Source: Desulfatiglandales bacterium (GTDB lineage: Bacteria > Desulfobacterota > DSM-4660 > Desulfatiglandales > HGW-15). From it: 64,000 bases of DNA. Both the position numbers and the translations under genes were made by a program. Of the stretch, positions 16,136-26,150 are shown piece by piece (positions within the stretch are counted from its first letter, which is position 1; each line of letters starts with the position of its first letter). The stretch is taken from contig CAXXJJ010000004.1 in the NCBI GenBank assembly GCA_963667015.2, positions 2,656,001-2,720,000 of the forward strand, read 5' to 3'. The notes beneath the pieces were generated by a model. It had not been told where the DNA came from and searched no databases. It saw only the letters and a list, made by a program, of their open reading frames with translations.

Positions 16136-18628
16136 ATGGCGCAGCAGAGTAAATATCTTGTGACAAAAGACGGCACTTTTGACCTCGCAGCTTACAGATG
16201 GGATGATAACCTGTTTTCAGACATGTTGATCAGAGAGAGCTCCATAGACAGTACCCGGGCTATGGATATAAGCAGATCTCTCCGGGAAGAAATCCATCAA
16301 ATGGAGCTTAAAACCATTACAATTCCCCTTCTCGAAGAAATTGTAGAGGCAAAACTTCTGGAATACGGCCTGAAAAAGAATACCCCCATTAAACTTGAAG
16401 GTTCTCTGTTCCTGAAGGAAGAGATTAACCTTTCAGAGAATGCCCTTACGGTGTTAAAGAAAAGATACCTCAAAAAAGACAGCAGCGGAAACCTGATTGA
16501 GACACCTGATCAGTTATTCAAACGGGTAGCCCACCATATAGCCCTTGCTGAAAAAAAATACGGAAACGAGTCCACTATTGAAAAGGTTGAGGAAAATTTT
16601 TATCGCATAATGACCGAATTCAAATTTCTCCCCAATTCCCCTACCCTTATGAATGCCGGCAGACGCCTTGGACAGCTTGCTGCATGCTTTGTACTTCCTG
16701 TTGCCGACAGTATGGATGCCATTTTTGACTCTCTCAAGAGTGCAGCCCTGATACATAAATCAGGCGGTGGGACCGGATTTTCCTTTTCAAGGCTTCGTCC
16801 GAAAAACAGCAGGGTTGGAACAACCGGAGGGGTAGCGTCCGGACCGATTTCTTTTATGAAGATTTTCAATACCGCTACGGAACAGGTCAAACAGGGTGGC
16901 ACACGAAGAGGCGCCAATATGGGAATACTCAGGGTGGACCATCCTGATATTATGGAGTTCATATACTGTAAAAGGGATAACAAGGAACTTAACAATTTTA
17001 ATATCTCTGTAGGAGTTACCGACAAATTTATGGAGGCCTTAAAAACCGGTGACAACTACGACCTGATAAATCCATGGGATAACAGTAAAGTTGGTGAAGC
17101 AAACAGCACTGACGTATATAATGCACTCTTGACGCAGGCATGGGATAACGGAGATCCCGGAATTATATTCCTTGACCGCATGAACAGGGACAATCCCACT
17201 CCTGAACTGGGTGATATTGAAAGTACGAATCCATGCGGAGAGCAGCCTCTGCTTCCTATGGAGGCCTGCAATCTGGGCTCTATTAACCTGGCCAAATATG
17301 TAATAGAAAACCAGGAAGAACCTGCAATTGATTATGAAGGTCTGAAGGAGATAATCTGGTGGAGTGTCAGGTTTCTGGATAATACCATTGATATGTCAAG
17401 ATACCCTCTCCCTGAAATAGATGCGATGGTGAAGGGAAACAGAAAGATAGGGCTCGGTATCATGGGATTTGCGGATATGCTCTACCAGTTGAAAATTCCC
17501 TACAACTCCGATCGCGCACTTGAAACAGCAGAGGAGGTCATGAGCTTCATTAATAATGAATCCCATGAAGCATCCAAATTTTTAGCTGAAGAGCGAGGGG
17601 TTTTTGATAATTTCAACTACAGTGTATTCAGGGACCGGGAAGATAAAAAATACCGCAACGCTACTACAACAACTATTGCCCCTACAGGAACGCTAAGCAT
17701 TCTAGCAGGCTGCTCAAGTGGAATAGAACCCCTCTTTGCTCTCAGCTTTGTGAGAAGGGTAATGGATAATAATATCCTGACGGAAGTGAACCCCTATTTT
17801 GAAACTGTTGCAAAGGAAAGGGGATTTTACAGCAATGAATTAATGGATACCATTGCGCAAAGGGGAACCATTCAGGGTATTGAAGAAATCCCCGAGGATG
17901 TAAGAAATATATTTGTCACTGCACACGATGTATCACCTGAGTGGCACATCAAAATGCAGGCAGCATTTCAGAAATATACCGATAATGCAGTATCCAAGAC
18001 AGTTAACCTGCCAAGAAACGCCACGGTAGAAGATGTTATGAAGGTCTACAACACGGCCTTTGAACTAGGCTGCAAGGGAGTTACAATATACAGGGATGGA
18101 AGCAAGGAAAACCAGGTATTAAGCTTCAGTGAAAAAGAAGAGGCTGAAAAGGTTTCATCCATGGCTGACATTAAAGAACGCCCGGAAACCCTTGAAGGTT
18201 TTACCACTAAAATGATGACCGGCATGGGTAATCTGTATGTAACGGTTACAGAGTATAATGGAAAACCATTTGAAATATTTGCAACAATTGGTAAATCAGG
18301 CAGATCAACAACAGCAAAAACAGAAGCAATAGGGCGGCTTGTTTCCCTGGCATTACGGTCGGGAGTAGATGTTGATAAAATAGTAAAACAGCTTGAGGGT
18401 ATAGGTGGGGAGTACCCTGTTTTTCAAAAGGACGGCCTTGTCCTTTCCATACCTGATGCAATCGCCCGTGTATTCAAAAACAGATATATGAATGGTAAAG
18501 GAAAAACCAGTTCATCAAAGGTTACCAACAGCCTGATGGGTGAAAAATGTCCGGAATGCGGACAGACAATAAGTTTTGAAGAAGGCTGCATGACCTGTCA
18601 TTTCTGCGGTTTTTCCAAATGCGGATAG
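16136..18628 (+). CDS. nrdJ: Vitamin B12-dependent (class II) ribonucleotide reductase
   Basis: PNSPTLMNAG, GGTRRGANM, TNPCGEQ, TIAPTGT; C-terminal TSCPD-like domain and CPECG...CHFCG ribbon; no beta-subunit gene. Confidence 0.95.
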   Translation: MAQQSKYLVTKDGTFDLAAYRWDDNLFSDMLIRESSIDSTRAMDISRSLREEIHQMELKTITIPLLEEIVEAKLLEYGLKKNTPIKLEGSLFLKEEINLSENALTVLKKRYLKKDSSGNLIETPDQLFKRVAHHIALAEKKYGNESTIEKVEENFYRIMTEFKFLPNSPTLMNAGRRLGQLAACFVLPVADSMDAIFDSLKSAALIHKSGGGTGFSFSRLRPKNSRVGTTGGVASGPISFMKIFNTATEQVKQGGTRRGANMGILRVDHPDIMEFIYCKRDNKELNNFNISVGVTDKFMEALKTGDNYDLINPWDNSKVGEANSTDVYNALLTQAWDNGDPGIIFLDRMNRDNPTPELGDIESTNPCGEQPLLPMEACNLGSINLAKYVIENQEEPAIDYEGLKEIIWWSVRFLDNTIDMSRYPLPEIDAMVKGNRKIGLGIMGFADMLYQLKIPYNSDRALETAEEVMSFINNESHEASKFLAEERGVFDNFNYSVFRDREDKKYRNATTTTIAPTGTLSILAGCSSGIEPLFALSFVRRVMDNNILTEVNPYFETVAKERGFYSNELMDTIAQRGTIQGIEEIPEDVRNIFVTAHDVSPEWHIKMQAAFQKYTDNAVSKTVNLPRNATVEDVMKVYNTAFELGCKGVTIYRDGSKENQVLSFSEKEEAEKVSSMADIKERPETLEGFTTKMMTGMGNLYVTVTEYNGKPFEIFATIGKSGRSTTAKTEAIGRLVSLALRSGVDVDKIVKQLEGIGGEYPVFQKDGLVLSIPDAIARVFKNRYMNGKGKTSSSKVTNSLMGEKCPECGQTISFEEGCMTCHFCGFSKCG

Positions 18629-18731
18629 AATGAACTTTATCAGATGTTAGTGTCACCAAGGGTGCCTTCAGAATTATCAATTTCTGCAAGCACCCTTGCT
18701 TTTTATACAACTCCTATATTTATTTTAGAAA

Positions 18732-19427
18732 ATGATAGAATGGCCAAAACTTATTAAGGGAACCCTTATTAAAAGATACAAGCGCTTCCTGACCGATGTC
18801 AAACTGGGAAATGGCCATACTGTAACTGCACTTTGTCCTAATACCGGAAGCATGAAAAGCTGTTCCGAGGCGGGACGATCAGTTTATCTTTCCAGGCACA
18901 ACAGGCCCGAGAGAAAGTTAAAATATACATGGGAACTTATAGAAATGCCAACCTCCCTTGTGGGTGTGAACACAGGAATTCCAAATAAACTTGTAAAAAA
19001 ATCCATAGAAAACAAGCTGATTAAGGAACTTTCTGATTTTGACGAGATCCGGTCTGAAGTAAAATATGGCAAGAATTCACGGATTGATATCCTTCTTTTG
19101 AAAGGTAATAAAAAAACATTTATAGAGGTAAAAAACTGCACCCTGATGGAAAATGGCATATGCTACTTTCCTGATGCGGTTACATCGAGAGGACTTAAGC
19201 ATCTACGCGAACTCCAGAGAGAAGTACAGTCAGGCAACAGAGCCGTAATGTTTTACCTGATACAGCGGATGGATGTAACCCGTTTTGAACCAGCCTCTCA
19301 TATTGATCCTGCCTATTCCGAAGAACTGAAAAATGCCCATAATAACGGGGTAGAAATACTGGCATTCGACGTAAATATTGATATAAAAGAGATATCTATC
19401 AACAGATCAATTCCATTCAAACTGTGA
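18732..19427 (+). CDS. sfsA: DNA/RNA nuclease SfsA
   Basis: KRYKRFL, CPNTGSM, SRIDILL, EVK, FPDAVTSRGLKHL. Confidence 0.95.
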   Translation: MIEWPKLIKGTLIKRYKRFLTDVKLGNGHTVTALCPNTGSMKSCSEAGRSVYLSRHNRPERKLKYTWELIEMPTSLVGVNTGIPNKLVKKSIENKLIKELSDFDEIRSEVKYGKNSRIDILLLKGNKKTFIEVKNCTLMENGICYFPDAVTSRGLKHLRELQREVQSGNRAVMFYLIQRMDVTRFEPASHIDPAYSEELKNAHNNGVEILAFDVNIDIKEISINRSIPFKL

Positions 19428-19449
19428 ACAGTTAACAAACAAGGAAGCA

Positions 19450-21651
19450 ATGCAGGAAAAAGACCCCCTTGTAGAACTTGAAGGACAAATCCACAAAATA
19501 AAATACAGCAGTAATGATACGGGGTATTCCATCCTAAGCATGCATATCGCTGGACATAAAGACCCTGTAATTGCGGTTGGAAATATTTTATCACCATCAC
19601 CGGGTGAAACCCTGAAATTATCCGGACAATGGTCAACACATCCTAAATTCGGCAAACAGTTTAAGGTAGAAACCTATACAATTAAAAATCCCGCATCAAT
19701 CCAGGGCATAGAAAACTTTCTTGGATCAGGCCTCATTAAAGGAATTGGTCCTAAAATGGCCGGAAGAATTGTAAAACAATTCGGTAAAGACAGCCTTGAG
19801 ATTATTGATCACCACCCTGAAGAACTAAACAAAATAGATGGAATCGGGCCTAAACGTATCAGTAAGATCAAAGAGGCGTGGGATGAGCAGAAGCATATCA
19901 GGGACCTTATGATATTCCTCCAGGCATATGATATAGGCTCCGGGCAGGCTATAAGGGTATTCAGGAGATATGGCCAGGGTGCCATTCCAGTATTAAAAGA
20001 AAATCCTTACAAACTCGCTTCAGAGGTACTCGGTATAGGCTTTCGAACTGCTGACAATATTGCAGAGAAACTGGGATTTGAGAAAAATTCTCCTGTGCGT
20101 GCGGAAGCCGGTATAATTTTCATCTTAAATCAGTTATCCGAAGAGGGGCATGTCTATTACCCCTTTGGTAAGCTGACTGAGAAATGCAAAGAAATACTTC
20201 AGGTAAATACTGACATAATATACAGGGCAATAGATACCCTCGAATTAAAGGGGAATGTCATAATTGAACGCACACTTATTAACCATAATGAAACTTCTCA
20301 AGATAATAAATCTGTCTATCTTACAAAATATTTTACCGCTGAAAAAGGTATAGCAGAGAATCTTATTAGAATTATTTCTGGGGAACAACCTTTCAGGAAT
20401 GTCAATGCTGACAAGGCCCTGAAGTGGATTCAGCGTGAGATTAACATTGATCTAGCTGAAAAGCAGATTCTCGCCATAGAGACAGCTCTTCGTTCTAAAT
20501 TGATGATAATAACCGGAGGACCCGGAACAGGAAAAACAACGGTTATTAATGCAATTATCAGAATATTTAAGGAATTAAATTTAAAGATTCTGCTTGCAGC
20601 CCCGACAGGACGTGCAGCAAACCGAATGAGCGAAACGACCCGGCACCCGGCAAAAACTATTCACCGGGCACTTGAATACGCACCAAATCAGGGCTCATTC
20701 CGAAGAAACAGAGAAAACCCGCTCGATGCTGACATTCTCATTCTCGATGAAGTATCAATGATAGATACGCGGTTAATGAATTATATGCTCGAAGCAGTAC
20801 CGGACAGGGCAGTAGTTATACTGGTAGGGGACACCAATCAGCTGCCATCTGTGGGCCCAGGCAATGTGCTCGGAGAGATTATCGAATCAGAAAAAATCCC
20901 TTTCGTTGAGCTCAATGAAATCTTCCGACAGGCGAAGGGGAGTAATATAATTATAAATGCACATCGGGTTAACAGAGGATTGATGCCAGAGATAGTAACC
21001 GAGGGCAGTCAAACCGATTTTTATTTCATTGAACAGGATTCTCCTGAAAGGGTTTTAACCATCATTCTTGAACTTGTAAAAAAGAGAATTCCTGATAGAT
21101 TTGCACTTGACCCATTTAGTGAAATCCAGGTTATCTCGCCCATGCATAAGGGCGTTATCGGGACAGAGAACCTTAACAGGGCACTTCAGGATGCCATTAA
21201 CCCTGTTGAATCGAAGCTGGTTAAGGGATATAGGAATTTCAGGGTTAATGACAAGGTAATGCAGACAAAAAATAATTATGAAAAAGAAATATATAATGGT
21301 GATATTGGAAGGATAATAGATATCTCCCCGGAGAAGCAGAGAGTCAGCATATTATTTGAGCAGAAGGAGATCGAATATGAGTATAACGAAATGGATGAAC
21401 TTACACTTGCCTACGCCATATCAGTACATAAATCGCAGGGGAGCGAATACCCGGCAGTCATTCTGCCTCTTCTTACGCAACATTACATTATGCTGCAGAG
21501 AAACCTTATTTACACGGCAATAACCCGGGGAAAAAGTCTGGTTGTTGTTACAGGCAGTAAAAAGGCATTTGAGATAGGCATAAAAAATGACCGTGTTACA
21601 AAACGCTTTACTCATCTTTCCCGGATGATAAAAAAAGCACCACTGACATAA
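19450..21651 (+). CDS. recD2: RecD2-like DNA helicase
   Basis: HhH repeats, TGGPGTGKTT, DEVSM, HKSQGSEY, YTAITR. Confidence 0.95.
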   Translation: MQEKDPLVELEGQIHKIKYSSNDTGYSILSMHIAGHKDPVIAVGNILSPSPGETLKLSGQWSTHPKFGKQFKVETYTIKNPASIQGIENFLGSGLIKGIGPKMAGRIVKQFGKDSLEIIDHHPEELNKIDGIGPKRISKIKEAWDEQKHIRDLMIFLQAYDIGSGQAIRVFRRYGQGAIPVLKENPYKLASEVLGIGFRTADNIAEKLGFEKNSPVRAEAGIIFILNQLSEEGHVYYPFGKLTEKCKEILQVNTDIIYRAIDTLELKGNVIIERTLINHNETSQDNKSVYLTKYFTAEKGIAENLIRIISGEQPFRNVNADKALKWIQREINIDLAEKQILAIETALRSKLMIITGGPGTGKTTVINAIIRIFKELNLKILLAAPTGRAANRMSETTRHPAKTIHRALEYAPNQGSFRRNRENPLDADILILDEVSMIDTRLMNYMLEAVPDRAVVILVGDTNQLPSVGPGNVLGEIIESEKIPFVELNEIFRQAKGSNIIINAHRVNRGLMPEIVTEGSQTDFYFIEQDSPERVLTIILELVKKRIPDRFALDPFSEIQVISPMHKGVIGTENLNRALQDAINPVESKLVKGYRNFRVNDKVMQTKNNYEKEIYNGDIGRIIDISPEKQRVSILFEQKEIEYEYNEMDELTLAYAISVHKSQGSEYPAVILPLLTQHYIMLQRNLIYTAITRGKSLVVVTGSKKAFEIGIKNDRVTKRFTHLSRMIKKAPLT

Positions 21652-21752
21652 CCGATGACAGTGGTGCTTTTTATGTAAACGCTTTAAATAGAACAACTTT
21701 TGTATCTATTTCAAATCAAAGCTATTGAAATCGGAATGCTCTGATAAACCCA

Positions 21753-24599
21753 TTAATCATCAAGGATATTGTCAATCATACCTGCTGAGACAGCAATATT
21801 ATACATTATACCTGTTGTATCCTTGAGAAACTTCATCCAGCCAAATTTCATCATCTTTTTAGGCACAATGATCGTATCACCTGGATTTAACTCAATTGAT
21901 CTGAAGGAACCGAATCCCCATCTGTGATTCGATCCGTCCCAGCTGAATAATCCAAGCTTGCTCTGTTTCTTGCTTACAACACTACCATCTGCCCTTACTA
22001 TATAAATCTGCTTTTTATCGGCATTATCGGTCATACCGCCAACAATATTAATATAGTGTCCGACATCCCCTCCGGAGGTGTGTATAATGGCGTTGGGATT
22101 GTAAACCTCCCCTATCACAAAGACGGAGTCGGGTCTTTTTCCAACAGTAAACCTGTCACCAGGCCTGAGTTCAAGATCATTATCTCCTGACGGCATGAGT
22201 ATAACATCCGAGAGATCAATCACCATACGACCGGTCGGCTCTGCCTGTTTTAATTTTTCAAGCATTTCTTTTTTAGCATTAAGAGTTTGAAGGGCTATTT
22301 GCGCCTGGTCAGAATCCAGGGCCGACTCCGCAGTAAAGGCACTTACTGTAAAAATATCCTCTTCGAGTTTATCGACATATTCCCGTTTTCTGGCAGCCCA
22401 TATCTCTTTTGCTGATTCCCTGGTAAAGACTGCACCATAGGGATATGCCTCCGCGGTAAGTCCTCCTGCCCTTTCAATGACTGAGGATATTTTTTCGCCC
22501 TCTGAAAAACTGTACTCACCTGGGAACCTGAATTCACCTTCAAGATAGACTCTTCTTTCAAGGGATGAATTATATTTTGGTATTTCCCTTATGTATATCT
22601 GATCATCCCCCTGAAGTGTCAGGTTATCTTCAGAGCTTCCTTCTATAGCTTTCTGCGGTGAGAAATTAATCTTTATTATATCAGTTCCGGATTCACCTGA
22701 TACGATCCTGGTTAATTCACCCCTTGTAAGATATGCATTTCGGGTTGTATTTCCAGCTGCAAATATCAGATCTTTAATTGTCATTCCTTCATAGAGTCTG
22801 AAGATGCCTGGATTTCTCAAGGCCCCGCTTATGGATATTTCGGGAATATTCTGTTTCTCCCAGGCATTGTAGATCTTAATCCTGTCCCGGTCTTTTAATA
22901 TCAGATTCTGACTCTCATCCCCATCCAGCATCGCTCCAAGGTCAAAGGGCCTTATTTCAGGATGCAGATCAGGAGGGACAAGTCTTATTATTTCAGCCTG
23001 ATGGAGATAAGGTTCGGGAAGGAGGTAATCATAAGAGGGAATGATATCTTTTATTCTCATTCCTTCTTTCAATTCATATTCATTCGGATACTTGACATTC
23101 CCCTCCAGATAGACAATTTTTTCAATATCTTTATGGACCGGGTATATCTTTATCAGATCACCGTCTTTTATAATGGTTTTCAAATTTGTCGACGTTTCCT
23201 CATTCAGAGGGTCAAGATTAAAACTGACGACTTCTCTCCGTGTATGTCCAATTATCCTTTCAATAATTACATTTTGAAGGTGACTGGTAGGAAGAACTCC
23301 ACCGGCAAGTTTGATTATTTCTTCAAGTGTCTGCTCATTTTTCATCTCATAAATAGCAGGCCTTTTAACATGACCTGAAACAGCGACTGTTGGACCAATA
23401 ACAGGAACAAATACTGTATATCCCTGTTTAAGGGTAATATCATTTTCTTTCAAGCCATTAATGAAAAAATCATATAAGTCGATTGTTTTCAGGAGTTCGC
23501 CATTACTGAGGATATTTATGTTTCTTAAACTTCCATTTTTACTGGGACCACCGGATGCTGAAAGGGCTGAGACAACTGAGGAAAGAGAGCTTAAATTGTA
23601 TGTCCCGGGCCTATTCAGCTCACCGACCATATAAATATTAATAACTTTAAGAGCACCCATCGTAATACTCATATTAAAATCAGGGTAATACTCCTTGAAT
23701 TTGTTATTGAGAATTTTTTTCAGCTCAGAAAATGTTAAACCGCCAACAATCAATGTGCCAAGTCGTGGAAGAGTTATTCCTCCGTCCCTGGAGACGGTGA
23801 CCACATGGGTTTCTTCCACCTTTCCCCAGAGATGTATGGTAAAAGAGTCCTGGGGACCGATAAGATAATCAGGCCCAACCGGTATATTTTTTTCCGGAGT
23901 GAACGGATATCCCTGTTTAAAGAAATCATATCCGAACTGATGCAGCTTTATATCAATCTTTGGGGATATCTGACCTGAAAAAATCTTTTCGAGCCTGGAA
24001 AGCTCCTTATCTTTTTCTCCAAACCCATTTTCACCAATGTCTTCATCACGTATATCAATTCCTGACATTAATTCAGGGTAGTTGTCCAGCCAGTTCTTTT
24101 TTTCACCAGGTGATAAACTGTTAACTAATCTTGATTTTTCGATACTTCCCAGATTACTCAGTATTATAATTCTATCTTGATCACTAATCTGGGTAAACAG
24201 ATCTATTTTTTCGCTGTCATTAAGGGTTTGAAATATTTTTTGTTTATCGGTATCACTAAGACTCTGAAACAAATTTCGTTTTTGTGTGTTTGATAGCAAA
24301 CTGAACAAATCCTGTTTTTCCTCATTGTCCAGATTAGCAAACAATTCGGATAACTCATCTGTACTCAGAGAACCAATTATTTCCCTTTTTTGAGACTCAC
24401 TTAATGATTTGCTATACCCAAAACCTTTTGTTCCCAGCCCCAGGGCTCCAATAGAAGAACTTCCTATTTTTTGCTTGAAATCCTGTTCACCTGGTGCTCT
24501 TGTAACCTGTGCAAAACATCTTGAAGAAATTAATACAGTAAACACAATACAGAGAACAAATAGAAACTTGAGCATGATACGGTGCGAATAAGAGATCAT
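21753..24599 (-). CDS. SLBB-domain polysaccharide export protein (Wza/KpsD-like)
   Basis: Signal peptide, FGYDFF...PDYLIGPQD export domain, multiple G.V..P..Y SLBB repeats. Confidence 0.85.
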   Translation of the reverse strand: MISYSHRIMLKFLFVLCIVFTVLISSRCFAQVTRAPGEQDFKQKIGSSSIGALGLGTKGFGYSKSLSESQKREIIGSLSTDELSELFANLDNEEKQDLFSLLSNTQKRNLFQSLSDTDKQKIFQTLNDSEKIDLFTQISDQDRIIILSNLGSIEKSRLVNSLSPGEKKNWLDNYPELMSGIDIRDEDIGENGFGEKDKELSRLEKIFSGQISPKIDIKLHQFGYDFFKQGYPFTPEKNIPVGPDYLIGPQDSFTIHLWGKVEETHVVTVSRDGGITLPRLGTLIVGGLTFSELKKILNNKFKEYYPDFNMSITMGALKVINIYMVGELNRPGTYNLSSLSSVVSALSASGGPSKNGSLRNINILSNGELLKTIDLYDFFINGLKENDITLKQGYTVFVPVIGPTVAVSGHVKRPAIYEMKNEQTLEEIIKLAGGVLPTSHLQNVIIERIIGHTRREVVSFNLDPLNEETSTNLKTIIKDGDLIKIYPVHKDIEKIVYLEGNVKYPNEYELKEGMRIKDIIPSYDYLLPEPYLHQAEIIRLVPPDLHPEIRPFDLGAMLDGDESQNLILKDRDRIKIYNAWEKQNIPEISISGALRNPGIFRLYEGMTIKDLIFAAGNTTRNAYLTRGELTRIVSGESGTDIIKINFSPQKAIEGSSEDNLTLQGDDQIYIREIPKYNSSLERRVYLEGEFRFPGEYSFSEGEKISSVIERAGGLTAEAYPYGAVFTRESAKEIWAARKREYVDKLEEDIFTVSAFTAESALDSDQAQIALQTLNAKKEMLEKLKQAEPTGRMVIDLSDVILMPSGDNDLELRPGDRFTVGKRPDSVFVIGEVYNPNAIIHTSGGDVGHYINIVGGMTDNADKKQIYIVRADGSVVSKKQSKLGLFSWDGSNHRWGFGSFRSIELNPGDTIIVPKKMMKFGWMKFLKDTTGIMYNIAVSAGMIDNILDD

Positions 24600-24918
24600 C
24601 GCGAAGATACCTTTCCTTTATTTCAACAATTACAGATAGTTAATGATAAAACCGGGACAGATTTATATACTTTGGCATTGCAAGGGTTTATATATTACAT
24701 ATAACTATTAATCAAGAATAAATAATGTCGGTTAGATATGGTTGGACAATGATAAAATCCTTTTGGGGACCTGACATGTTCTAGTATTTGTAAAAGGGAA
24801 TGCTACTTATTTGCAGTAAATTTTAAAATTTGTTCAGATAAAAGGAAACTTTATGCTTAATCCAATACTGAAACATTACCAAGTCTACCTTTACAATCTA
24901 AAAAGAGAGTACAAACGC

Positions 24919-24958
24919 TTTTAGGGTGGCCAGATTATCCTGACCACCCTAAAAAAAA
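24919..24958. other. Stem-loop downstream of the 24977-25243 gene
   Basis: TTTTAGGGTGG...CCACCCTAAAA; no U-tract 3' of the stem on either strand. Confidence 0.55.
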
Positions 24959-24976
24959 CTTAATTTTTAATGATGA

Positions 24977-25243
24977 TTAGTGGTGACTGGTCGCAGTATG
25001 AGAATCAGCAGCATCATCATCATCAATAGCAGCGGCTACTGCAACACCAATAGCAACGGCTGCAGCTGATATTCCAACGATAGCGGCTGTACTAAGCTCT
25101 GCAGCTCCTCCAGCTCCAGCGGTCCCAGCTGCTGCTGACCCGGATTCAGGCTGGGCAAAAGATACAGATGAAGTCACTGGCACTAAAATCAAAGCTAACG
25201 ACAGAATACTAACAACAAATCTCCATGAAAAACTTTTTTTCAT
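24977..25243 (-). CDS. Small exported/membrane Ala-Gly-rich protein
   Basis: RBS GGAGG, signal peptide ending SFA, second hydrophobic segment, acidic/His tail. Confidence 0.75.
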   Translation of the reverse strand: MKKSFSWRFVVSILSLALILVPVTSSVSFAQPESGSAAAGTAGAGGAAELSTAAIVGISAAAVAIGVAVAAAIDDDDAADSHTATSHH

Positions 25244-25608
25244 CTTAAACCCTCCAAGGTTAATGTTTAGCCCCTCCCATTTATGAAAACCAGATTAAAG
25301 AACATTTATAATGCATAGTCAAGCTTTTTTTCTTTTAGATATTCTATTATTTATTTTTTAAACTTTGATTGAAAACAGATGATATGTTTCAATCAATCGA
25401 CATAAGCATGATGTTTCTTTAACAATAATATTGATTTTTATTAAATACTTATTAATAATTTGTCAAGCTATAAATATAAGTTGAATTAATTAATATATTT
25501 AAATAAATGAATCTTATTTTTATCACACATAATTTAGAATTTTAATATTAAAAACGAATTATTTGCTTTTCACATATTATTAATCTTTTACCGCCAAGGG
25601 GAGAGGAA

Positions 25609-26130
25609 ATGAGGTTCATATATTGCTCGATTGTTTTAATTTGTATTATTGCACTGTTTTCAGGTTGTGCATCAGATAAACGCTATACAGGAGGGAAACT
25701 GATTACAGGACCGGCAGCCACTGATATTGTCAACTATGTCAATCAGGGACTGATCGCCATTGCGGAATTAGAGCAAAAGTCTTTTGAACGATATGAAAAT
25801 GTAACCGGAAAAAATTTTACAACTAATCAGGAACTCATTGAATCATTAAAAAACTTTGTTATTCCAACTTATAAAAGATTTTTGACAGGCCTGAAAAATA
25901 TAAATCCCGAAAATACCGAGATCCGGCCGGTTCATGCCATATATATAAGGGCAGCTGAATCAACACTTGAAGGATTTAATATGATATTGATCGGCTGTGA
26001 GAATAATGATGAAGGCATAATAAAGCATGGAAATAAAAAGCTTGAAGAAGGTCGTGTCGGAATTGATAAATGGCGGACTGAACTTAATGAGCTTTATAAA
26101 AAACATGGTGTTGCAGAGCTAAATGGATAG
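25609..26130 (+). CDS. Putative lipoprotein
   Basis: Lipobox FSGC; helical body. Confidence 0.75.
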   Translation: MRFIYCSIVLICIIALFSGCASDKRYTGGKLITGPAATDIVNYVNQGLIAIAELEQKSFERYENVTGKNFTTNQELIESLKNFVIPTYKRFLTGLKNINPENTEIRPVHAIYIRAAESTLEGFNMILIGCENNDEGIIKHGNKKLEEGRVGIDKWRTELNELYKKHGVAELNG

Positions 26131-26150
26131 CAATTTAAACTACAGAAACG

